Translations under genes and position numbers: made by a program
Assembly (NCBI RefSeq): GCF_036321535.1
Contig: NC_087437.1
Coordinates: 67,148,001-67,212,000, forward strand
Origin: Camelus dromedarius
Lineage: Eukaryota
Length of the DNA stretch: 64,000 nucleotides
Direction of reading: 5' to 3'
The notes under the pieces: generated by a model
Told to the model about the DNA's origin: nothing
What the model saw: the letters and a program-made list of their open reading frames with translations, nothing else
Databases searched by the model: none
In this document: piece by piece, positions 25,064 through 39,040 of the stretch
Position numbering within the stretch: position 1 is the stretch's first letter
Layout: every line of letters starts with the position of its first letter

Positions 25064-28029
25064 GAACTCCTGCATATATTCTTATTTGATGCGTATGCCT
25101 TTGTCTCTTTCTAATTCTCTGTTATTGCTTCATCACCTTCCCAATGGAAGATTACTTGTCACTTTCCCGCAGGGCAGTGTGTTCAATATTATGCACACAC
25201 GTTCCTCTCTCCCTGATGTTTCTCAGAGCTCTGGCTCAGTCTGACACTCTGGGATGTGGACAGCAGCTCTTCTTGTGTGGCAGGTGACTGATTAAGCGGG
25301 GCTGTGGAGAGTAGTGCCAGGAGTCAATCAGGCAAACAAGCAGATAAGGAATGAGGCAGGCACGCCAGAAGTAGGGGCCACAATTTCCTGGAAAGCAATG
25401 CAATGTAGGTGGCCTACCTTCCAGGGAAAGGGTTAGGACTTGTAGTTTTAGAGAAGCTGAAGAAAGAGAGAAAAACAAACAGGAAAACTGAGGTTTATAA
25501 GAACAGCTGCAAAATCAGGCTGTTGACTGAAACCATCTTCAGGCCCTGAAGTTTATCGACGCTTCTTGCTGAGGTCAGATCTGTTCCTTGGAGTGGCTGC
25601 CTCTGGACCTGCAGGTAGAAGTGAGTGAAATGACTTGCTAGAGTGGAGGATGGAGTAGGAATGGAGACCACAGAGAGAAAGTCAGTTCCTGATGTAGACA
25701 GTATTGTTCATGCAATGTTGGATACCTCGTGTATCCAAAGCTATAGGATGACCTAGGAGTACTGCTGACTGGAAGGGATGATGCCAATCATACTGCAGTC
25801 TAGATTTTAGAAACATGGAGCTGGTACGTACTACTTCTAGCACCAAGCCTAGTGCCTGACACACAGTAGGTACTATTAATGTTTGCTGTGCAGAGCTGGG
25901 CTAAGTGTAGACAGGATGGGGTTTGTCCAAGTGGAAGCCCTGGATGTGTGAATCAGGTAGGGATTCAGAAAAGGGCAGAAACATTGAAAAAATGGAAGAT
26001 AGCAATGAAAGGAAGGCTGTGTGTCAGGAGAAGGACTGTCAACAAAAGGATGCAGTGTGAGAAGTCCAGACATGGGCATCCCCAGAGCAGACTGATTCGG
26101 TCACTCACTCATGGCTTTGAGTTGCCAGCTTCTTTCATCCTGACCTCCATGCTCAGTGGGATTCTTTTCCCTTGGGGTGGGCCCTCCCATGGTGGTGAGA
26201 TAGCTGCCTCCTTTCCATAGTTGGATCCAGACACAACAAACAAGATTATAAGGACTGTCTCTTCCAGGTTCTCCTTCTTCATAGAGAGGTCCCAATAGAT
26301 CTCTCCTCATATCTCCTTGGCAAGAACTGGGTTTTTGCCAAGGAGATAAGAGTCTTGCAATTAGTTTTGTGAAGGCTAAATGCAGTATCCAGTGGTGTGC
26401 ATGCCGCACGTAAGTACCTCACCTCTGATAGAACACATGTTGCACTCTGAATCACTGAACTGGGGTTGTGCTGCAGACCTTACATGCAAGAAGTATAATG
26501 AAGGGATGGAAGGGGAGAGGCTGCATCCCAAGTCATGATCTTTAGAAGTGGAACCTGTGTGTTCCCTTTGATGTCGTAGGTGTGTGTCAGGGGAGCCTTC
26601 TTTTAGGAGACTTCCCTTAGCCTGGTTCATTGCATAGCTCTACTGATCCATAAGAGAAGTTGTTTCTCTTGGTCCATTGACTGTTCTGCATGGTCCTAAT
26701 TTAAAGACAAGCAGGGTAGATGCTCATTCCCCAAATCCCCTCTTCTTATTAGCTAGGTGTCTTGCCACAGTTCTCTCTGCCCTTCCAGACCCTGCTTCCC
26801 TTGCTATAAGCCTAGGCTCACATACTTCCCACGGTTAACTTCTAACCAATGTGGAAATGTATTTATATCTGGAACTTTCAGACAGCCTTGTGGGGGAAGT
26901 TGGGAGAAGCAGATATCTTTAATGGTACCCCTTGTTTTACTAGATAACTGTCCAGTCTGCCTCCTCAAGCTCATTCTCCCACATTTCAGGTTCAAAGAGG
27001 CCGAAGTAAATGGTGCTTTCTTCCTAACCAACTTTTAATCATGTTTTCCACTTACCATTAAGGTGGTTGCAATATTCATGACATTATAGTTTTAGATTTG
27101 GAATTCGTCCTTTACTCCCTGGTAACACTCAGTTATCAATTTCTTGGCTAAACTTAATTGGAAATTGAGATTCTCCTTATCTCATTCTCAATTTCTCTAT
27201 GTGAGAAAGTTACAAAAGTTACTTTTTATGTGCTGTCTCCTGAGGTTTAAATGCCAGTCTAACCTCTTGTACCCTTGACATGTTGTCCCATGATGGTCTG
27301 ACAATGGAGACATTTTAGATTCCATAGGATATTTCATAACTTTAAATATTTTATAACAAATTAAATGTTAATTATATGCTGGTCAGGGGAGAAAATCACT
27401 GAAGTATTTAATTAACATTTAATTTATTAGTCATCAAATATTTAAGTAGCTCCTATCTGAGGGACTTTTCCTCTTCATTAGTTGTATGTTAGTAACAAGT
27501 TGTCATTGTTAGTTGCTGTGGGTCCTACTAATTCAAGTGTGTGTGGCTTTTCTAGATTTCTTTAAAAATACCTTTGCATGTGCATACAGGTAGACCTCAA
27601 TATAGAAAGACATGTTTCTAAAGTATTTTTCCCTCCAAAGTCTTTTTGTGAGTCCAGTTGTTTGCTACTTAGACATATTTTCTCATAGAAACTCTATGTT
27701 GGTATGGAACTTTATAATTTGAAAAATGCTTTAATTTTCATGATCTCAGTTGGCCTTGTCACTGACAACAACTTTCATGAATTCTGCAGGGTGGGTAGGA
27801 TCCCTGGTATCTTAAAGGAGTTGGATTCTCGGAGGGCTTGTGTAACCTCCCAGTGTCACAGGGGCAGAGATTCCATATTTTCTGCCTACAAGTTTAGCCT
27901 ATACCATGGTCAATGCCAAGTGGTACGTCAGCCTTGGAAAAGACCCGACAGTTACTTTAGTGACCAATTTTATCTTTTGTTTCTAATATATTAAATGGAA
28001 AATGTGGCCTGTAAATGACCTTCTTGATT

Positions 28030-28680
28030 ATATTTTTATGTAAGCAATGTACAGGATCAATTTTTTGTGACCGTTTCATGGACATAAGACAAAAATGTAT
28101 ATGTATTCTCTATTTGGAGCCATATGGTTTTCCATATATTTAATACATTTATTACTTGTGTTATTCAGTCCATTGATTGCATTATTCAGTGGCTTTAGGC
28201 ATTTGCTTATTTTTTGTCTAGTAGGTTTTCTGAGAGAAGTATATTGAATCTTCTTAGTATATTTGTTGTTTATTTATTTATTGAGTTCTGTTTGCATTTC
28301 CAGTGCTTTTTGCTTTACATATTTATCTGCTGTGTTGTTTGGTGACTGTGGTATCTTTAGAAATAGTGCATTCTTATTACTGCAGAATATCTCTTTGATG
28401 TGTTTGATGTTTTCATAACCTTGCTGATTTTAAAATGTTCCATTCAACTTTCCTTTTATTTATATTTTCCCAGATTCTTTTTGTACAGTTCTTTATTTTC
28501 AACATTTCTTTATCACTTTAAGTATTTCTTATAAGATTAGAGTTTTTTAAAAAACAAATCTGAGTTTTGTCTTTTGTCTTTTAATGGGAGAATCCAGTCA
28601 CGCACAGTGCAAGGACTGGTATACTTGATGTTATTCTCTTTCTCTTGCTTTGCTTTTTATTCATTTACATACTTGCATCT
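28030..28680 (-). mobile_element. Very old L1 ORF2 5' (endonuclease) fragment
   Basis: 'ttctgagagaagtatattgaatct...ttttgctttacatatttatctgctgtgttgtttggtg'. Confidence 0.55.
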
Positions 28681-28689
28681 TCTTTATAT

Positions 28690-29345
28690 TTATATGGCTT
28701 ATTGAGATATAATTGAAGAGCACTAAGTGCACATATTTAAAGTTTGCTCTTTGATCACTTTGATATATGTACACATTTGTGAAATCATGTCTTTAATCAA
28801 AGTAACAGGCATTTCTATCCCTCACAAAATTTCCTTGTGTATCTTTGTAATCCATCCTTCTCTTCACTCCTGGCTTTAGGTAAACACTTTAGCTTTTTGT
28901 GCCTATAAATTCATTTGAATCTTCTAGAATTTTATATGAATGGAATCATAGAGAATATACTTTTTTTGCCTGACTTCCTTCAAATGGCATAATGATTTTG
29001 AGATTCATCCACTTCATGTGTGTAACAGTAGTTCATTTAAAAATATTCCATTGTGTGGCTATACCACAATTTGCTTATCCAGTGACCTGTTGCGGGATAT
29101 TTGGGTGGCTTCTTATTTTTGGACCTTATGAAGAATGTTGCTATGAACATTCATGTAGAAGTCTTTGTATGGATATATGCATTCATTTCTCTTGGGTAAG
29201 TAGGTAGTAAAATTGCTGGGATATATGATAGGTACATATTTAACTGTATAAGACACTGCCAGACTGGTTTCCAAGGTGGTCATACCATTTTACATTCTGA
29301 CCAGCAGTGCATGAGAGTTCCAGTTGTTTGATGTTCTCACCAACA
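28690..29345 (-). mobile_element. L1MB/MC-like 3' end
   Basis: 'ttgagatataatt...tagaattttatatgaatggaatcata...accattttacattctgaccagcagtgcatgagagttccagttg'. Confidence 0.8.
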
Positions 29346-29349
29346 CAGA

Positions 29350-30670
29350 GGATTATAATACCACCCAGAGTCTACCTGACATTATATTCTCAATGTCTGG
29401 TTACTTGATACACAGAGAACCAGAAGGTGACTAATACTTGAGGGAAAAGACAATAAATAGAGGCCAGCCCTGAAATGGACCAGATGTTGGAATTATCAGA
29501 CACAGTCATTAAGTATCTGTTATAACTATGCTCCATGAGGTCAAGGTAAACACACTTAAAAGGAGTGGAAAAATAGGAGCTCTCTGCAGAGAAATAAAAC
29601 TATAAAAAAGAATTGAATGGAAGTTTTAAAACCAAAAAATGTAATAACTGAAATAGAAAAGCTCACTGTATGAACTCAGCAGTATAGTAGAGAAGACAGA
29701 GAAACAAATCAATGAGTTTGAAGATAATCTGAGAAACAAAGGAATAAGAGATTAAAAGACTTAACAGAGCCTCAGAGACTTGTGGAACAATATCAAAAGG
29801 TCTAACATACATGTCACGGTAGTCCTAGAATGAGAAGAGGAAGATATTGAGGTAGAAAACATATTTTAAGAAATAATGGCCAAAATTTCCCAAATCTGGG
29901 GAAAATGAATGCATATGTTTACAGATTCAGGAACCTCAGTGAAACTTAAACAGCACTAACTCAAAGAAAGTTGCACCCAGATGCATCATAGTCAATCTGA
30001 TGAAATAAAGATGAAAGAAAAGTCTTGAAGGGGGCTAAAGGAAGGTGACACATGACATACAGGGAAGCAGTGATAAGGACGACTGTAAATTTCTCATCAG
30101 AAACCGTGGAGGCCGGAGGAGAGTGAAACAGCAACTTTAAGTGCTGAAAGAAATGAACTGTCAACCTCCAATTCTATGTCCTGTAAAAATATCCATCAGG
30201 AATGAAAGCAAAGTAAAGATATTTTTCTCAGATGAAGGAAAGCTAAGAGAATTCATCATCAGCAGAACTGCTCTGTAAGAAATGCCAAGGGAAGTTTTCA
30301 GGTGAAAGGGCTCTTTGGAATAAAGACAGAGCAACAGAAATGGCAAATCTCTGGCTGGATAGAAAAGGCTATTTTTTTTTTTCTCTTAAGGTTTTAAAAA
30401 TATGTATGAGTGAAAAAAGCAAAAACGAGTGGGATTTTTAGTGTATGAAGATGCAATGTAAATGACCATTATAATATAAAGAAGAACCTCTATGGTTGGA
30501 AGGCTTTTATCTTTACATGAAGTGGAACAAAATTAGCTCTAACTAGACTGAGAAGGTAAAGTTAGATATTAATGTTGTAATCTCTAGAGCAACCACTAAA
30601 AAACAAGACAGAGCAAAAGATATATAGCCAAAAATTATAATGGAACAGTAGAAATATTTGAATAATCCAA
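29350..30670 (+). mobile_element. Old L1 5' UTR/ORF1/inter-ORF region (sense)
   Basis: A-rich sense ORF1 motifs 'aagaaataatggccaaaatttcccaaatctg' and 'ttctcatcagaaaccgtggaggccggagga'. Confidence 0.8.
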
Positions 30671-31299
30671 ATGGATACTCTTCATTATTTTCGTTTTTTG
30701 GATTTTGACTTCTTAAAGTTGATACTCATTTCATTTGTTAATTTGAGAGTTCTTTTGTACTTTCTTTCCTATTCCTTTTTCTGTTATTCAAACTCATACG
30801 TATTTCTCTATTCATTTAAAAATATCTTTCCTATTTCTCCCATGAAGACCCTGTATCTTCCCTCTATTTCCCCTGTCATTATTTATCCCAATAAATAAAA
30901 CTTTAAGAATACTTTTACTCTTCACCATTGCATACACTCCCAGCACCAACACAGATGAGACTTTTGGAAGACATCTTTCTTTTCTCTATCCCTAACCTTA
31001 AAGTTTTGCTAAAATAGGTTAGTATTTTTAATTCTTGGGTATTATTAAAATTTTCACTGAAGTTTATCCCTTGTATTTTAGTAACTCTTATTTAGTGCAT
31101 ATATCACTCTTTCACACAGATTGTCAGTATCCATTTATCATTCTCTGTCTCTCTCTCTCTTTGACACTCACACATTGCAAAGCTTTCTCTGTGTGCAAAA
31201 CCACACTGTTTCCTCTCTTAATTATGTTACAAATTGAGTTCTTGGTTCTGATTCCTCAGCTATTTGGTTAGAGTCCTTTCTTGAGCCTTCTCTTCTGGT

Positions 31300-31950
31300 G
31301 AGGTATGGGTGACATGAGTATAAACAGTTTTTTTTTCTCCTGACAGTTAAACCTCAGGGTTCTTGGGTTGCAATCCTTTCCTCTCAGTACTTCATAGGTA
31401 GTAATCCAACATCTCCTCGCTTCCAGTGTGATGAATTAAAATTTCTATACCAGTTCTTAGTAGGTAACTTAATCTTTCTGTTAAAAATTCTTAATTATTT
31501 GTTATCCTTGGAATTTAGGAATTTTAACATTATGTGCTCAGGAGTACATATTTTTTTCAGTTAAATTTGCTTAGAATTTAGTGTACAATTTTAACCTGAA
31601 AATGAGGACTTTCCTTCATCTCAGGGAAGTTCTCTGTTATTATTTAATTATCTCCTCTTGTCACTGTATTCCATTGATGATTTCTAGAACTCTTATTACT
31701 GGCATCTTAGTTCTCCTGAATATCTTCCAAGTCTTTTACCTTTTCTTTCCCAATTTATTTTCCTATACTTTGAGATTATTCTTGTAATTAGAATTCTAGT
31801 GCCCTAATTTGGGACTCAGTGTTTACTACTCTGTCACTTAATTTACTGAGATATTTATAGTCTGAAAATCAAGATTTTCAGTTCTGGAAGATCTTTTGAG
31901 TGTGCTTTTGAGCTTTGCTTCAATATCATGAAGTGTTATTGATATTCTTC
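31300..31950 (-). mobile_element. Very old L1/HAL1 ORF1-like fragment
   Basis: 'atcctttcctctcagtactt...cttccagtg...ttcatctcagggaagttctct'. Confidence 0.5.
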
Positions 31951-33353
31951 TGGTCAACTATCATCTCTCTCTTCTGGAAGCACCACTTTGCTGGGTGTCA
32001 TTTTATTTCATCTTGCCTTCTCTGGAGCCATTAGATGTGTTGTTATTTTCCTTTGTGTGTCATTAAGACTTAGATCTGGTTATCGGGGTATCCTAAGTGG
32101 CAACAGTCCTGATGGTAGCAAGAGGTAATGTGATCTCTACATTATGGCCTGGTGGAGTGGAAACAGCAGACTGGAGTCTCTGGAGAAAGTTGCCCTCTCT
32201 CCAGATTTCATATACTCTCCTTATCGGAGGGACAGTAAGACCTCAGCCCCATAGTTCAGCCCATCTCGGCTTCCCGGGGACCTGTGAGATCTCTCACAAA
32301 GGACCAATGTTGACCTCATCCTTCACCCTTAGGAGGGTGAAACTCCCTGGGGACCGAGCTCCTTTAAAGTATCTGATCATTACCCCAGCTCTTTGACCCT
32401 AGTCTTCAGATCTCCCATGAACACTCCCCTTTAGACATGAATTGGAGCCCAAGACTTCTCTGGCACTCAGCTGACCATCAACCCCCCATATCTAATTAGG
32501 GTAGAAGCAGCAGATCATGTGAATTTAGGAGGATGGGGGGACATGTACCAGGTTGCCATCATCCCAGACTTCCTCTTCTTGTGGAACTTAAAAAAAGCCC
32601 AAGCTGATTCTTTATAAAAATAGGAAAGTGGGAATATAATTTTAAGCAAAATAAATGGAAAGAAAATGTGTGGTGGGAGGAGTAAAGTTATACCTATATC
32701 TTTGCTACTTTCTTCCTCCTGGGAGGAGCTGCCTTGCCTTGAGATGTCTTAGATGGCGGGAAGAAACTATTTTCTTCCCTTTGCATGGTGTCCTTTTCTT
32801 TGTAATTTCTTTTCTTACCCTTGGAATTAGAGTGGTAATACACAGGGATTAAGATCTGAGTGTGAGCTTAGGAGAGAGGTGCCAAAGAGGCCTCTTAGCC
32901 AGCTATGTTTATATGCCTCTCAGGTAAAAGGAGTCTTCCACGTGGTTCAGTCTAGTCCTCAAGGCTGACATTGGGATTTGGAGTAAACAACGCATGGTAA
33001 TAAAGAGCATGCGTTTTCTTGGCTTTAATATGTATATATAATCTTAGGTACCTCGGTGGAGCAATGGTAACGGCCATGACGATCTTTACATACTTGCGGG
33101 TTTGGAGATTTGTTCATTCTTCTCTAATTGTAAACGTGATTTGTAACCTAGGAACTGAGAGAGATCTGATGTTGGCAGTTTTAGGGGGTCATTTAAACCT
33201 TTCTTATCCCTGGGAAATCCCTGCCTTCCTCAGGGACTAGTGGGGCTGAGGGCTGGGGGTCCTTTGAGTAGAGAAGGGCAGAGTGGTGTCTCTGAACCCT
33301 CCAGTGACTTTCACAGTGTGGGAAATCTCTAGTCAAGGGGAAAAGAGGAGCCT

Positions 33354-33948
33354 TGCACTAATCATTAAACTGTTATCTTTAACCTCCAGAGCCACCCTCC
33401 TATACTTTTTTTGTAATAACCTGCCAACCATGTTTATGCTTTGCCAGCTGGCTCCTAATTAGAATTTGCCAGTAGGGGGCACTAAGAGGGAGGCCGCAAG
33501 GCTAGAGGAGGAAGATGGCATTTACTGCTTTCTGTTTGCTTATGGGTGTCACCAGTGAAGCTGCTTCACTCTGGCAGAAGCACTTCCTTTCTGTAGCAGT
33601 GGCTGAGTTTAGTTTGCAGTTTTTCCAAGACCTGGAGAATCAGTCTCATTGCTTCTTCCCAGAGACCCCACATCAGCTGGTACTCCCTCCTCTGGAGACT
33701 GTGTCCCTCTCAAGGTTTTTTTCTTTTTTCTTTTTTTCCTTCTCTAAGTTTTAATAATTATAAACTCTTTCCGTTGTTCCTCCAGCCCTAGGAGTGTTAG
33801 CTGTTTCTTGTACTTGCTGCCTCCATGATTCTTTCATGTTATATTCTTTAAGTTTCCTGATAAGTAACTTTATGTAATTATTTATATTAAATTCTCCTAC
33901 TCAAATTTCTTCTGTGATTCTCCTGACTGCCTTACCTGAGCTTGTACG
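33354..33948 (+). mobile_element. LTR41-like ERVL solo LTR
   Basis: 'ctttgccagctggctcc...gccagtagggggcactaagagggagg...aaggctagaggaggaaga' and 3' 'ttatattaaattctc...ctcctgactg'. Confidence 0.75.
33467..33484 (+). promoter_or_regulatory. Strong CTCF core motif within the LTR41-like element
   Basis: TGCCAGTAGGGGGCACTA. Confidence 0.65.
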
Positions 33949-34469
33949 TGGAACCATAGTAAAGATTTTCAGATAAGGCCAGCATGGGAGCCCTTGAGAC
34001 TATTAGTCTTGGCCGAAAATAGGAAGAGGCCTGACCATTCTCACTTTCTCAGTTCCCCAGGCCCTCTCTGAAAAGGATGATACGGATTCTGGCTTGAACA
34101 GTAGTTCCAGTAGTTCCAATGCTGGTTTGGGTCAGCAGAAGTTATATCCTTCTAGAGCAGGCAAGACTGGGCAAGAGAGCCTGGATACCCAGGAAACGAG
34201 GCAGTGATGCAGAGGCATGATCTTTAGCCCGCTGAGAGTCTGCAAAGCCAGCTCAGAAGGACTGGGCCTGGAAGGGGAAGAATTAATGTTGCAGAACTCT
34301 TTGGAGTCTGTAGCCAGAGCCTTTAGGAGAGGCTCATAATAATGGTTGCTGCAGTACCTGCTGTAGGTCAGATTATCAGGGTTTTTGGGAAGCCAGGGGA
34401 GGCTTGATCTTAATTAGGAATCTGGGCAAAGTTTTTAAGGATGATTGGCAAATGTGACTAACATTAGTA

Positions 34470-34690
34470 TCTTCAGTTTACAGAACACTCTATCTTAGAC
34501 ACCGTTTATGTATTATCTTCCTTAGTCCTTACAATAACCCGTTTTGTGAAGGAGGAAGTAGTTTTACGTAGGTTCAGTAATTTACTCATATAGTCACATG
34601 GTTAGTAAGCAGTGAGAGTGGAGTTTGGATCCAGGTCTGTCTTGAAGCTAGAACTCCTAAGTGCTGTTCTTGACCCCTCACTATGTAGAG
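34470..34690 (-). mobile_element. MIR
   Basis: 'agtccttacaataaccc...gtcacatggttagtaagcagtgagagtggagtttggatccaggtctgtc'. Confidence 0.7.
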
Positions 34691-35539
34691 GTTTTGATAG
34701 GTGAGAAGTCAGTATTCCAAGTGGGAGTAAAAGCATAATGCTTCTTTGGCTGTTACTGCCTAGTTCCTACTCCTATCAGTCTGAAGTTAGTTTTATAAAA
34801 ATAATATTAATTTAAAATAATAATTGATGTCTGCTTTATCTCTAGGCAGTTTGAATTTTTCTCCTTTGGTTGAAGTAGTGTTTGCTCTTTGTTAACCCAA
34901 GAGAGCTCTTCAGAGAACAAATCACTTTTCTTTTTTCTAACTGTTCCTGCTCTGTCCCTCCAGACTGGATGATTGATCTTTAAGCTATGTTGGGTACCTT
35001 CCCTGTGAGTATAGAAAGATTCCTGATTCTCCCACAGTTATTTAGTGCACACGTACGGAGGGTTTATCTCACATCAGGGCAGTGGGAGAGGAGCATAGTT
35101 GAGTAGTAGAGACAGGAGGGTCACCATCTTCTCTCCTCCAGTTAGATGGCAGATTCCTGGAAGGGAGAGCTCTGTTTATGATTCTGTACTGCCTAACACA
35201 TACTAAATAACTGATGTAAGGCTTCTGTCTTTGATATCCTGTCCAATAAGAACAGCATACCTAGCCTATCGACACGTACTTTTGCCAGGCTGTCCTCATG
35301 CCTGGTATTGGTCATATGAATGGAGCTGTTTGATGGGTTTACTGCCACAAGAGGGTGGGACTCTTTGTTATTAAAAAAAAAAAAAAAAGACAAACACTGC
35401 TACTCTTTAATAGGCAAAAATATTTTGAACCAACACTCAACATTTTAATTTTACTTGTATGGTCTCAGGATATATACGTTCAAACTGAGTGTGGGAATCG
35501 TACATCTGAAACGGAGGTTTCTAGGACCACATCACAGGG

Positions 35540-35705
35540 GCGGCATGGGGCATTGGAAAGAGTACTGGAGTTGACATCAGAAAACTTGTGGCTTGGTTTC
35601 ATCACTTACTAGCTGTGTGCCCGTGTGTCACATAAGACCTTGGAACTTCATCCTTCCTATCTCTAAAGTGGAGCTAGAACACCTGACCACGTCACCTCAC
35701 AGTAC
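35540..35705 (+). mobile_element. MIR
   Basis: 'ggaaagagtactggagttgacatcagaa...cacttactagctgtgtg'. Confidence 0.7.
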
Positions 35706-35706
35706 C

Positions 35707-36270
35707 TGTGTCAGTTAGGGTTAGATCAGCTGCAAGTAACAGAAAATTCAAATTAAGTCAGCTTAGGTACCAGTGAGAATTGATTAGTGTATATAATTAG
35801 ATGTCTTAAACTAGGTGGGTCTCAGGATTGGTGGGATTGAGCAGACCACAGTGTCATTAAGAATTGTGTTTCTTTTAAGCTCTGTCCTTTTTTTGCCTTT
35901 CTTGGTGCCACCTCATTCTGAGAATGCTCCCCACTGCTGTCACAGCTCAAGGCCTATATGCTCCCTTGTCCACATTTGGAGTGTGTACAGGAGGGAACCC
36001 TCTGGAAGTCTTGGAAGAGAGATGATGCCTCTTTCTTACAGATCCCTAGAAACTCCAGTGTACAGTCTCATTGACCCAAATCATGTCATATTACTAGCCT
36101 TGAACCAGAGACTGTAGCCTGGGACAGTGATTTTTTTCCTACATGCCCCATGTCTAGAACCAGGTGTGATATGAAGCACGCGGGCTTCAGTGGGCAGGAT
36201 GTGAATTCTAGAATGGAGATCTTGGGCAGCTACCCAGAGAAGGGGGAATGGAGCTGAGGGTGGCAACCAC
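35707..36270 (-). mobile_element. Old MaLR LTR (MLT1 family)
   Basis: Starts 'tgtgtcagttagggttagatcagctgcaagtaacagaaaa', the antisense MLT1 3' end. Confidence 0.6.
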
Positions 36271-38619
36271 AATATCCATGATAATAACACTGAGGATAAA
36301 ATCAGGTAACTCATGGCTGTGGTTATTCAAATTCTGTGTCCCATAGAACCTCAGGAGCCCCCTCTGAGGGTGTGAGGGATGAGAGGATGGGACACTCAGC
36401 CCCAACCTGTGCCTGTCACTCACACCCTCAACCAAGGCAGCTCTGACCAGTGAACTTGGGGGAAATATTAGAAACCTATAAAGCACTGTATATGGTATTA
36501 TTATTATTATTAATAGCGGTAACAAAGCTACCATTGTCTGAACTGGTTTAGTTTATATCCTCTGGACTTTGCTCATCACTTTCTGTTTAGCCAAGAGAAG
36601 AAACAGATCATTTTGTATCTTGCTGAAGTCCAGAGAGTGTTGAATAATGCTGATCCCAATAAGTTTATGTCATCCTCTGCTTATATATATTTGAAAGCAC
36701 CTTTTCTGCACCTGCAAATGCAGATTGGTTTCCGTTTACTGTTGCAAGAGACACCCTTTATTAAGATGTGAGCAGAGCGGAAATAAAATTATAGAAGGAG
36801 TCTTCAGTTTTGACCTTCTTGACTTTGTTGCTAATAAACTGTCAAGATAACACATTACCTTATACAGAACACCTTAAAATATTCAAGATGCCACTGGTCA
36901 GATTCCTTAAGCAAAGGAAAGATAAATCTATGTATAAGCAGGTAGATTACCAATTTATATTGTCTGTTTCTTGTTTATCAGTCACTGAAGTTCAAGGCCA
37001 CAGCAGCTTGAATTTTTCCTGTTGGAAAGGTTAACTTGGCGTTTTGGATAAGGACTCTCGGCTCTTCAGTCTTCTGACCTTGGAATGTCATTCAAACCAG
37101 AGTCTCCCTCTAATGTGGCCTCAATTATTCAAAACGCCTTTAATCTTACAAATTAACCAAATCCCTTCCGCTGTCCTTGCCTGGGGCTCAGAGTAGACCT
37201 TTATCAGTTAATGAAATTTGACTTGAAAATTTTGAGGTTTTTATCATTTAGGCTTAATTCTAAACCCTTTTTCCCCTTTATTACAAGAGTTAAAGCTGCA
37301 ATGAAGAGCTGACTCCCCCAAAAGTTTGAGAGCATTATTTTAAAACAATAGATTTTATTCAGATCCTAAGGAATAGAATAAAATGGTCCTATCACATATG
37401 AGCCAGCCTTGGATATAAAATTTCTTCATCTAGTATTTGACCTTAATTTAAGAACTCCTGTCTCCTTCTTCCCTCTTTCTCTCTCTCCTTTCCTCCCTTC
37501 TTTTCTATCTCCCTTCCTTTCCTCACCCCTGCGTCTCTCCCTGCTGGGCTGGAAGACTGAGATTTTTGTCCTTCTCTGCCAGCATTGCTTGGTTTTAAGA
37601 CCTGTTCTGTAAGTTACTGACTCATGTGTAATTTCGCTCGTGAGATAAATTTTTCTGTCCTGAATTCTGTGTCCAGGATGGGATTAGGGGCTGGCACTAA
37701 ACACTCCCTTCCATTCCCTGCACAAGAGCCTCAGATTGGCTTATAGCCCCCACTCTACCCCTTTTGACTTCACCAAGGGCTGTGATTCACCTCTGGGATT
37801 CACATCAAGTCCTTCTGGAGCATTCCCAGCTACCCCAGCACAGAATATTGGAACCTAAAGGATTGGCTGTTCTTCACTGGGGCAGTTCTGTTCAACAGAG
37901 TGTTGAGGCCCACCGCTGGCCAGGTACAGGCAGGTGATGTAAAGGTCACTTTCCCCTGCTCCTCTGAAGCCCTCCCTCCTGTAAGCCCCTGCCGGCTTTC
38001 TTCAGAGAGCACTCCGGACTGGCTGGGTTTGTCCATCGGATTCCAGCTGGGAAAAATCTCTTTCCCTTGATTTAATCTCCACATAGGAGTTTTTGCCTCT
38101 AGATTGCCGAGGGCTGTTGTATCAGCCCAGCGGGGTGGGCTTCTGTAAGGTCCTGCGACTGGTCACCGCCCCATGTGGCTGAGGCCAGGGCCTCCTACTA
38201 CTGGTCTTGTGTGTGCTGTGCCCCCCCCCCCCCCCCGTCTCTGAATGCAGACCTCGCTGGGGGCCTGGAGGGAGGCTTCTGTCCTGAAAGTCAGCACAGC
38301 CATATGATGGCCACCCCTGGTGCTGGGACACATCCCTTGGGCCACTGCCACCCAGCTGGGCTCTTCTCCCTTCCCCAGTGAGGACCTGATGGATCCCTTG
38401 ACAGGATTTCTAGTTCTTTCTCTCTCTCAGGCAGAGGGAACACATTGAAATCAAAGGATCATGCTCATTAAACTGACCCCAGGAGAGGCTGCTGACTGTC
38501 ACAGCATTCACGGCCCACCCTTCTAGTGAGTGTGGCTGCCTCACATCAACATGCCTCCCCATCTCTCTGCTACCTTCCTGCATCTGTTTTTGTGGACTGG
38601 GAAGCCTTTTCTGTCCCAG

Positions 38620-38830
38620 ACTATCTGCATTCAGATGCTGGCTCCACTGCCTTCTGTGTGCCTCTGGGCAGGTAAATTAGTTTTCCTGGGCTTCAATTTC
38701 TTCAGCTGTAAAACTGAGACTCTTGTCTACCTCAGAGTGTTCCTCGAAGGCTCAGACAACCTAATGTCTATGAAATACTTAACTTGGAGCCTGATGCACT
38801 GTAAGTGCTCAATAAACACCAGTAATATTT
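38620..38830 (+). mobile_element. MIR
   Basis: 'ggctccactgcc...cttcaatttcttcagctgtaaaa...gtaagtgctcaataaa'. Confidence 0.8.
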
Positions 38831-38869
38831 GTGATAATCATACCTCTATTTGGTGGCACTTCTCCTATT

Positions 38870-39040
38870 TGTCAGTGTTTTCATATTCATTATTTGCTTT
38901 GAGCAATTCTGGGAGGCAGAAGTTACTGTGTCTCTTTTCACACACGCAGAAACAAGGTTCAGGGGAATTGAGTAATTTGTCCAAAGTCATGTAGCTACAA
39001 CGTAAGATGCTTGCTCCTTTGGACTTGGGTCTGTGTGAAT
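38870..39040 (-). mobile_element. MIR
   Basis: 'agaaacaaggttcaggggaattgagtaatttgtccaaagtcatgtagct'. Confidence 0.7.

Noticed and set aside
32988..33016. Inverted repeat aacgcatg...catgcgtt
   Set aside because: An 8-bp stem is expected by chance, with no RNA-gene hallmarks.
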